64,000 nt of DNA from a virus (taxonomy: Duplodnaviria > Caudoviricetes), in IMG/VR virus record IMGVR_UViG_3300023174_000037, one strand, 5' to 3'. A program made the translations under genes and the position numbers. Shown here piece by piece: positions 36,577-42,129 of this stretch. The first letter of the stretch is position 1. Every line of letters begins with the position of its first letter. The notes under the pieces are model-generated. The model was not told where the DNA came from. It ran no database searches and saw only the letters and a program-made list of their open reading frames with translations.

Positions 36577-36668
36577 TGGTACCCCCGGCGGGAATCGAAC
36601 CCACATGAACCAATTATCTGTTGCTTACGGGATATAAATCCGCCGTTTTACCGTTAAACTACAGGGGC
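36577..36668 (-). tRNA. tRNA-Ile(UAU) with a 22-nt variable region
   Basis: Loop UUUAUAU, A31.C39 mismatch, canonical T-arm, CCA. Confidence 0.8.
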
Positions 36669-36673
36669 AAATT

Positions 36674-36747
36674 TGGTGCTCTAACGTAGAATCGAACTAC
36701 GATTACTGTCATACCAAGACAGAGTTCTGCCATTAAACTATAAGAGC
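36674..36747 (-). tRNA. tRNA-Thr(GGU)
   Basis: Loop UUGGUAU, CCA. Confidence 0.93.
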
Positions 36748-36752
36748 AAACA

Positions 36753-36827
36753 TGGAGCAGGATATCGGGGTCGAACCGATGACCTACACGTTGGCAACGT
36801 GTCGTTCTTCCACTGAACTAATCCTGC
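36753..36827 (-). tRNA. tRNA-Gly(GCC)
   Basis: Loop UUGCCAA, U73, CCA. Confidence 0.95.
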
Positions 36828-36832
36828 ATGAT

Positions 36833-36920
36833 TGGCGGAGAGTATCAGATTCGAACTGATGCGCCTCTTTCGAAACGACAGTTTAGCAAACTGCTGGTTT
36901 AACCACTCACCCAACTCTCC
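36833..36920 (-). tRNA. tRNA-Ser(GCU)
   Basis: Loop UUGCUAA, long V-arm, G73, CCA. Confidence 0.95.
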
Positions 36921-36927
36921 GTTATCT

Positions 36928-37002
36928 TGGTAGCCACGGTTGGGAACGATCCAACGGCCTAACGCTTATCAAGCGTTTGCTCTACCACTGAGCTACGCGG
37001 CT
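36928..37002 (-). tRNA. tRNA-Ile(GAU), atypical T-loop AUCGUUC
   Basis: Loop UUGAUAA, CCA. Confidence 0.92.
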
Positions 37003-37010
37003 ATATTGAA

Positions 37011-37230
37011 TTTGTTAAAGTAGCAGCACCACATTATTGCTGCCATTCACCCGAATTAACAAGCTCGAGCGGGAGTCGGTAAGTTACTTGGGATACCGGT
37101 CCAGTTTAGTCGCCTCAATGGACCCCTGCAGTTTCCCGCAGGGTGGGTGTCGAACCCATCACCTTCTACTGCGTTGGTCCTTCGAAGAAACCTAGACAGC
37201 GTGACTTTCTCTTGCTAACACTCTAACAAA
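37011..37230 (-). ncRNA. Unclassified 220-nt structured RNA between tRNA-Val and tRNA-Ile
   Basis: 11-bp terminal stem, GAAA and GCGA tetraloop hairpins, T-arm-like UGGG-UUCGACA-CCCA; no credible ORF. Confidence 0.7.
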
Positions 37231-37233
37231 ACT

Positions 37234-37309
37234 TGGTACCTGAGACTGGACTCGAACCAGTATCGCTCTCCTTGTAAGGGAGACGTATAACCTCTCTACG
37301 CACTCAGGC
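37234..37309 (-). tRNA. tRNA-Val(UAC)
   Basis: Loop CUUACAA, CCA. Confidence 0.95.
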
Positions 37310-37337
37310 TTTATATTCTCTAAGAACGACCCATGTA

Positions 37338-37416
37338 TGGTCCGAGTAGAAGGATTCGAACCTTCGATCTCCTGCTCCCAAAGCAGGCGGATTAAACCAG
37401 ACTTTCCTACACTCGG
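37338..37416 (-). tRNA. tRNA-Pro(UGG)
   Basis: Loop UUUGGGA, CCA. Confidence 0.95.
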
Positions 37417-37418
37417 AG

Positions 37419-37462
37419 AAAAGAAAAACCACCAAGCTGTCCCCGAAGGCAACAGAAGGTGG
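37419..37462 (-). terminator. Terminator-like hairpin directly upstream of tRNA-Pro
   Basis: CCACC...C-UUCG-G...GGUGG followed by UUUUUCUUUU. Confidence 0.55.
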
Positions 37463-37476
37463 CCGTATTAAAAAGG

Positions 37477-37595
37477 TGAACAAGTCGTTATCACTGCCAC
37501 GCCCGGATATAATTACTCGCTCGGCAAGGGTACGTCACTAGACGGTTAGGAAAGGTAACCCGTGTGCATTTAACACTGCTCAAACAACTTGTTCA
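37477..37595 (-). ncRNA. Unclassified 119-nt multi-branch RNA downstream of tRNA-Met
   Basis: 13-bp terminal stem UGAACAAGUUGUU/AACGACUUGUUCA; inner hairpins GGUUA/UAACC and CGUC/GACG. Confidence 0.6.
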
Positions 37596-37599
37596 TAGT

Positions 37600-37674
37600 T
37601 GGTGGAAATAAGTAGATTCGAACTACTGACCTGCGCCGTATGAAGGCGATGCACTACCGCTGTGCTATATTTCC
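37600..37674 (-). tRNA. tRNA-Met(CAU), probably elongator
   Basis: Loop UUCAUAC, G1-C72 paired, CCA. Confidence 0.85.
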
Positions 37675-37678
37675 AAAT

Positions 37679-37753
37679 TGGCGGTCTGTGGGGGAATCGA
37701 ACCCCCGTAAGTGGATAGACAATCCACAGTAATAACCTCTATACGAACAGACC
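37679..37753 (-). tRNA. tRNA-Asp(GUC), U at position 37
   Basis: Loop UUGUCUA, G73, CCA. Confidence 0.93.
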
Positions 37754-37759
37754 TAAAAT

Positions 37760-37837
37760 TGGAGCAACGGGCGTGATTTGAACACGCGGTTTTACGGATT
37801 TGCAATCCGTTGCATTGGACCACTCTGCCACCGTTGC
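37760..37837 (-). tRNA. tRNA-Cys(GCA)
   Basis: Loop UUGCAAA, U73, CCA. Confidence 0.95.
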
Positions 37838-37844
37838 ATAAAAT

Positions 37845-37921
37845 TGGCTCCCCGTCGTGGGCTCGAACCACGGACATCGACATTAACAGTGTCGCGCAAC
37901 TACCAACTGTGCTAACGGGGA
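37845..37921 (-). tRNA. tRNA-Asn(GUU)
   Basis: Loop CUGUUAA, U1-A72, G73, CCA. Confidence 0.95.
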
Positions 37922-37929
37922 ATAAAAAC

Positions 37930-38003
37930 TGGAGCGGAGTGAGAGAATCGAACTCTCGACCGAAGATTGGAAATCTGCTGTTTTGCCATTAAACTAACCC
38001 CGC
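37930..38003 (-). tRNA. tRNA-Gly(UCC)
   Basis: Loop UUUCCAA, U73, CCA. Confidence 0.93.
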
Positions 38004-38011
38004 AAAATGCT

Positions 38012-38249
38012 TTCTGTCCGTCGTGGTAATTATAGTGTATCAGAAATTTGGTCAGGCTTTACCCCAATTAATCTTTCATCACTTACACCCTCCACCCACT
38101 CGCCACGGACAGAACTCTCGTGTTGCCAACGCTGGTTTGGTCGACCCCATGGATGAACCCATGTCCTCTAATTTAATAGAGAAGAACCACCCTACTGAGG
38201 ACAACTCAGTTTCATTTCCTCTGGGTCAGAGTAGCAGTTGTGAAGCTGC
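38012..38249 (-). ncRNA. Structured leader/ncRNA between a promoter and tRNA-Gly
   Basis: Five short hairpins followed by a 10-bp stem UUCUGUCCGU/ACGGACAGAA enclosing about 80 nt. Confidence 0.55.
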
Positions 38250-38264
38250 ATGTTCAATAATACA

Positions 38265-38293
38265 ATTATACTTGATTATGGTTACAATGTCAA
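38265..38293 (-). promoter_or_regulatory. Consensus sigma70 promoter inside the tRNA array
   Basis: TTGACA-17-TATAAT. Confidence 0.88.
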
Positions 38294-38304
38294 GCATACT
38301 TTTT

Positions 38305-38389
38305 TGGTGCGACTGGCCGGAATCGAACCGGCACACCCGAAAGCGAGAGATTTTAAGTCTCTTGTGTCTACCTATTTCACCACAGTCGC
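38305..38389 (-). tRNA. tRNA-Leu(UAA), long V-arm
   Basis: Loop CUUAAAA, CCA. Confidence 0.95.
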
Positions 38390-38399
38390 ATTTTATCAC

Positions 38400-38476
38400 T
38401 GGTGCCCAAGGAGAGACTCGAACTCTCAAAATACGGCTTCTAAGACCGGCATGTATACCAATTCCATCACCTGGGC
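38400..38476 (-). tRNA. tRNA-Leu(UAG), short variable loop
   Basis: Loop CUUAGAA, 5-nt V-loop, A73, CCA. Confidence 0.9.
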
Positions 38477-38500
38477 CTGAATTTTTAAAGAACAAGCGCA

Positions 38501-38529
38501 ATTGTAGCGTTTATTCTTTATGTTGTCAA
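38501..38529 (-). promoter_or_regulatory. sigma70-type promoter
   Basis: TTGACA-17-TACAAT. Confidence 0.75.
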
Positions 38530-38999
38530 CCGTTAACTATCTTAAGGCCTCTTATTCTGTCTGCTGCATAGCTGGCCGCAAATGCCTGTGGCTTTACTAA
38601 CGGAACAACATTACAGGTGCCTTTGATGTAGCCAATCGCTTGTGCGACTACATTACTGCTGGCATGATGATCATCTGGATTGATATCCAGGTGAACTTCA
38701 ACTGCTCTATCTTCCAGCACTTCGGCAAGTTTCAAGTATAGTTCGCTTACTTTATACACTTCGATCATTAGTCTTGTGTTAGGTTTGTTTACACGATCGT
38801 AATCACGTTCACGTGTAACTTCGCCAAACAATTTACAACCATTGTTACCGTTGATATGAACCACAATGGCCGCAGTATAAATGCCATACCATTGCTTATC
38901 GTGACCTCTGACACGCTCGCTATCCACACCAATATAGATACGTGTGTCTGGGCCTTGCGCTTCTATAAATTGTTTAATGTGTGGGATATCAAACTTCAT
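38526..38999 (-). CDS. RNase H-like YkuK (DUF458) family protein
   Basis: IYIGVDS, RLMIEV, VHLDIN, KPQAFAASYAAD. Confidence 0.8.
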   Translation of the reverse strand: MKFDIPHIKQFIEAQGPDTRIYIGVDSERVRGHDKQWYGIYTAAIVVHINGNNGCKLFGEVTRERDYDRVNKPNTRLMIEVYKVSELYLKLAEVLEDRAVEVHLDINPDDHHASSNVVAQAIGYIKGTCNVVPLVKPQAFAASYAADRIRGLKIVNG

Positions 39000-39027
39000 T
39001 ATTATCTTTCTATATATTAACTACATC

Positions 39028-39119
39028 TGGCGGAAAGCAGAGGAGTCGAACCCCATCCCATTTCTGAGAACCTGGTTTTCAAGGCCAGTCGCAGGACCAT
39101 CCCCGCTGCATTACTTTCC
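39028..39119 (-). tRNA. tRNA-Ser(UGA) with 8/4 acceptor/T-stem fold
   Basis: GGAAAGUA/UGCUUUCC 8 bp, T-stem GGGG/CCUC 4 bp, loop CUUGAAA, V-arm, G73. Confidence 0.85.
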
Positions 39120-39124
39120 ATATT

Positions 39125-39198
39125 TGGCATACCCCCAGGGACTCGAACCCCGACTAATAGTTTTGGAGACTAGTGTGCTGCCATTACACTAGGGGCAT
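39125..39198 (-). tRNA. tRNA-Trp(CCA)
   Basis: Loop CUCCAAA, G73, CCA. Confidence 0.93.
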
Positions 39199-39205
39199 AT
39201 TAAAC

Positions 39206-39280
39206 TGGTACTCGGAAGGGGAATCGAACCCCTCTTCCCGCCGTGAAAGGGCGGTGTCCTAACCGATAGACGACCCGAGC
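39206..39280 (-). tRNA. tRNA-Glu(UUC)
   Basis: Loop CUUUCAC, CCA. Confidence 0.95.
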
Positions 39281-39287
39281 AAAAACT

Positions 39288-39376
39288 TGGTGGAAGTGGT
39301 TGGATTCGAACCAACAATGTTTCTTATGTGGCGGATTTACAGTCCGTTGCCTTCAACCAATTCAGCGCACACTTCC
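39288..39376 (-). tRNA. tRNA-Tyr(GUA)
   Basis: Loop CUGUAAA, long V-arm, A73, CCA. Confidence 0.95.
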
Positions 39377-39381
39377 CAACT

Positions 39382-39457
39382 TGGTGGAGGATATCGGACT
39401 CGAACCGATCACCCCTAGCTTGCAAAGCTAGTGCTCTCCCAGATGAGCTAAACCCCC
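39382..39457 (-). tRNA. tRNA-Ala(UGC)
   Basis: G3.U70, loop UUUGCAA, CCA. Confidence 0.95.
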
Positions 39458-39459
39458 AA

Positions 39460-39657
39460 TTATTTCTTATCTAGCTTTGGTTCTTCATAAACCATTGCTT
39501 CTTTTTCTACATAGACTGGAAAAAATTTCCAACCAAAACTTTTCCAATACTTGTGAATGATATTGTTGATAACAACTGCTGTTACTACAACAACAATAAA
39601 CCCAAGTCCTGTCAAAATTGAACCTGCTAAAAATACTGCTGCTTGATCAATGTCCAT
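39460..39657 (-). CDS. Small membrane protein, 65 aa (MDIDQAAVF...)
   Basis: RBS AAAGGAG; one long hydrophobic helix. Confidence 0.75.
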   Translation of the reverse strand: MDIDQAAVFLAGSILTGLGFIVVVVTAVVINNIIHKYWKSFGWKFFPVYVEKEAMVYEEPKLDKK

Positions 39658-39671
39658 GCTTACTCCTTTAA

Positions 39672-39746
39672 TGGTTGCGGGGGAAGGAATCGAACCTCCG
39701 GCTTCCAGGTTATGAGCCTGGCGGTCTACCGCTGACGTACCCCGCG
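39672..39746 (-). tRNA. Initiator tRNA-fMet(CAU)
   Basis: C1.A72 mismatch, loop CUCAUAA; A29-U41 replaces the first of the three G-C pairs. Confidence 0.9.
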
Positions 39747-39812
39747 ATATTAGGTGTAGGGCTTCCACCTACTCCCACCTCGTTTTAAAGTCCGCGTGTC
39801 CAGGACTTGATC

Positions 39813-40397
39813 TTACATGGTAGGACCATTTCCGTTCTTAAATCCCACCACACCGCCTTCTGCCTCAATACGTTTGATAACGTCTTCAAACAGGATAGGT
39901 GCAAAGTCAGTTTGTTCTACACAAACACAGTGATACCTAGTATCAACAATGTCAGTGATCTTGCCATTGAATCCTGGCAACATGACACGATTGGCATGCA
40001 AGTGTCCGTGGATGTTGACGCCAAAACGACCCAGACTTTCCGAGTGGATAGGAATGTGACTCAGGATCATTCCATTCATAACATGGTAAGCACGAAGTTC
40101 ACGAAAGTGTTCACGGTATTCACTGTCTCTGAAGATATCATGGTTACCACGGATCAACACCTTGTCACCGTTTAACCTGCGCATGATGCCTAAGGCTTTA
40201 CGGTTGATAACAACGTCACCTAAATGATAGACCTTGTCAGTGGGTTTTACCCGTTCGTTCCACGCCTTGACCATAGCTTCGTCCATCTCCTCTGCGGAAT
40301 CCCATGGACGAAGTTTTGTAACACCATCGTTACGTGTGAAGCGGCATACACCTGTGTGTCCAAAGTGCGTGTCGCTTACTAAAAATACACTAGGCAT
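39813..40397 (-). CDS. Calcineurin-like metallophosphoesterase
   Basis: SDTHFGH, HLGD, GNHD, SH, HGHLH. Confidence 0.93.
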   Translation of the reverse strand: MPSVFLVSDTHFGHTGVCRFTRNDGVTKLRPWDSAEEMDEAMVKAWNERVKPTDKVYHLGDVVINRKALGIMRRLNGDKVLIRGNHDIFRDSEYREHFRELRAYHVMNGMILSHIPIHSESLGRFGVNIHGHLHANRVMLPGFNGKITDIVDTRYHCVCVEQTDFAPILFEDVIKRIEAEGGVVGFKNGNGPTM

Positions 40398-40908
40398 CTT
40401 GCCCTCCTTTCTTATCTGTTAAATGCTGTCTATAATCGGCTCTCCAACTGTGAGTCGAATCCTCACTATCGTAAGTCCACCCCAACAAGCGCATCATTTT
40501 ATGCTTGACCAACAAGTTAGGACTACGAAATCTTTCACAATCTCCAAATCCCATCATTACACCTATCTCGCACACTGCACCCGACCTGCAAATGCCAGCA
40601 TGACAGTGAACAACCACATTCATCCGATTTTCCCAGGCATGTTGCAACAATCGGACAAGTTGTTCTGCTTGCTCATCTGTGATGGCAAATTCACTGAGGT
40701 CAATTGTTCGACCGTCACCGGTGGTTGTTACACCTTCTTCTTCTTCTATATCCAAAAACGTAAATTGATGAATTTCTTTAAACGTATGCTTGGGTGTAGG
40801 GAACGCCATGTCGTGGTCTGAAATCTGTATCAGCATACTGTTGGCACCACAATCGTGATGCCTTCCTGTTGCTACATTTTCTAAAGGTATATTTTCAATC
40901 CACGGCAT
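40390..40908 (-). CDS. Cys-based (PTP/dual-specificity) phosphatase
   Basis: HCHAGICRS (HCx5R). Confidence 0.85.
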   Translation of the reverse strand: MPWIENIPLENVATGRHHDCGANSMLIQISDHDMAFPTPKHTFKEIHQFTFLDIEEEEGVTTTGDGRTIDLSEFAITDEQAEQLVRLLQHAWENRMNVVVHCHAGICRSGAVCEIGVMMGFGDCERFRSPNLLVKHKMMRLLGWTYDSEDSTHSWRADYRQHLTDKKGGQDA

Positions 40909-40928
40909 AATTGTCTCTTTCTAACTGT

Positions 40929-40957
40929 ATTATAGCTGATTGGCTATTTTGGGTCAA
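40929..40957 (-). promoter_or_regulatory. sigma70-type promoter
   Basis: TTGACC-17-TATAAT. Confidence 0.8.
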
Positions 40958-40968
40958 CCAACTAATTT

Positions 40969-40986
40969 GTAATACGTTTGTATTAC
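40969..40986. promoter_or_regulatory. Palindromic operator-like site, copy 2
   Basis: GTAATAC-GTTT-GTATTAC, 11 nt upstream of a -35 box. Confidence 0.55.
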
Positions 40987-40988
40987 GA

Positions 40989-41315
40989 TCATGCAGTCAT
41001 CCAGCGTTCCTCTGATTCGAGCACCAAACTTTCTGAACCATCATACTCGTCTATGCGGAACCTGGCACCCACTGGCACCCATTCTACTTGTAAATCTTCT
41101 GCCCCTCCGCAGTATGCTTCAGGATATTTTAACTCCATGTAGGTAAGAATTTTATCAAGTTCTTTGTTTTCAATCCAGGTCACAACACAAGGATCGTAGA
41201 CTAGTTCTTCGATATGGTGCCAAGTATACCAACCAGCACCGTATCCTGGACTTACCAACACAGCTACTCGACCATCACGAATTAATTTATTTGGCAATGA
41301 CATGATTTTCTCCAT
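40989..41315 (-). CDS. Hypothetical protein
   Basis: VAVLVSPGYGAGW...FRIDEYDGSE. Confidence 0.8.
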   Translation of the reverse strand: MEKIMSLPNKLIRDGRVAVLVSPGYGAGWYTWHHIEELVYDPCVVTWIENKELDKILTYMELKYPEAYCGGAEDLQVEWVPVGARFRIDEYDGSESLVLESEERWMTA

Positions 41316-41336
41316 AACACACTCTTATGAATGTGT

Positions 41337-41404
41337 GTATTAAAGCACACTCACCCGAATGGACCTTGTCACCTCCGCCTACTGTCGGAAGTGTGCTTTA
41401 ATAC
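41337..41404 (-). ncRNA. Stem-capped 68-nt RNA cassette related to the 55-nt spacer RNA
   Basis: 16-bp stem GUAUUAAAGCACACUU/GAGUGUGCUUUAAUAC; shares GUGAGUGUGCUU with 36241-36295. Confidence 0.55.
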
Positions 41405-41510
41405 GCTGTGATTTTTCGCTCCACAAAAGGAGTTTCATCCCACAGGCCGCCCGTTTGTGCTTGTTTATAGTGTAGCACAGGACCTCGTTTCCTGCAACCA
41501 CTTTGTGCTG

Positions 41511-41675
41511 TTAGTTTACACTAAACGTTGGTGCTTTTGCTAACGCTTGGTGATACACTCTGGCACGTTCGAACTTATCTTGAATAAGTTTCTGAAGTTG
41601 TTCTTTATTCAAAACAGCTTCATAAGCCTGTTCAATGACACGTTCATTTAATTTTGTATGATCTATCTTTTCCAT
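41511..41675 (-). CDS. Small protein, 54 aa (MEKIDHTKLNERVIEQAYEAV...), first gene after the attenuator
   Basis: Hand-translated; RBS AAAGGA. Confidence 0.65.
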   Translation of the reverse strand: MEKIDHTKLNERVIEQAYEAVLNKEQLQKLIQDKFERARVYHQALAKAPTFSVN

Positions 41676-41687
41676 TTTTCCTTTTCT

Positions 41688-41781
41688 AAAAACAAAAAAC
41701 CCCAGGGTTTTTAATCCTAGGGTTCTTTAAGTTTGAGTAGTATCTGCTATTTAAGCGTACCCACTTCCCTTCAAGAACCCT
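41688..41781 (-). terminator. Attenuator: mutually exclusive antiterminator (2:3) and intrinsic terminator (3:4)
   Basis: Seg2 AGGGUUCUUGAAG (41769-41781), seg3 CUUAAAGAACCCUAGG (41716-41731), seg4 CCUGGGGUU plus UUUUGUUUUU. Confidence 0.8.
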
Positions 41782-41906
41782 GAGCTAATATAGCCCTCTG
41801 GTGTGCGATCTAATGATAGACTATTGTTCGCAAACCAAGAGGTCAGCGTCAAGCATACCTGTTTGGCTATGGAACTAAATTGTCTATGTAAAGATAGCGA
41901 TTTCAT
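41751..41906 (-). CDS. Putative attenuator leader peptide, 51 aa
   Basis: MKSLSLHRQFSSIAKQVCLTLTSWFANNSLSLDRTPEGYISSGFLKGSGYA; stop lies in the antiterminator loop. Confidence 0.65.
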   Translation of the reverse strand: MKSLSLHRQFSSIAKQVCLTLTSWFANNSLSLDRTPEGYISSGFLKGSGYA

Positions 41907-41962
41907 TTTTGTTTCTGGTTTCCTAAAATTTTACAAACAGCATCATTGCTGTCTATGTGTTT

Positions 41963-41991
41963 ATTATACAGTTATTTAGTCTCGTTGTCAA
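41963..41991 (-). promoter_or_regulatory. Consensus sigma70 promoter of the leader/tRNA operon
   Basis: TTGACA-17-TATAAT. Confidence 0.88.
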
Positions 41992-42046
41992 CCTCTAAGT
42001 TTGTTTTTTTATCTTTTTCTTAAAAATATTTTTCAACTAAGTGTCA

Positions 42047-42075
42047 AGTATACACTGGATGTCATTCAAGGTCAA
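42047..42075 (-). promoter_or_regulatory. sigma70-type promoter
   Basis: TTGACC-17-TATACT. Confidence 0.65.
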
Positions 42076-42083
42076 CCAGCCGT

Positions 42084-42110
42084 AAAAAAAGACACCTAGG
42101 TGTCTTTTTA
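42084..42110. terminator. Bidirectional intrinsic terminator
   Basis: AAAAAGACAC-CTAG-GTGTCTTTTT. Confidence 0.75.
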
Positions 42111-42129
42111 TTTCTAGTAGAGTTAACTA

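Noticed and set aside
37011-37230. GAGAAAGUC resembles the RNase P RNA CR-I motif (GAGGAAAGUC)
   Set aside because: No P2/P3 before it and no proper P4 partner or CR-V (ACAnAAnnnGGCUUA) near the 3' end; left unclassified
39028-39119. Selenocysteine or opal-suppressor tRNA
   Set aside because: Anticodon is UGA (reads UCA, Ser), not UCA; no selB or selD seen
36158-39192. ORF-track entries overlapping the tRNA array (36158, 36300, 37192, 37665, 37810, 38023, 38226, 38250, 38944)
   Set aside because: Shadows of tRNA and ncRNA genes without RBS; only the 36472 micro-ORF has a strong RBS
39777-41490. Shared 9-mer AAACGAGGU in two structured intergenic elements
   Set aside because: A 9-nt match is expected by chance in this much non-coding sequence
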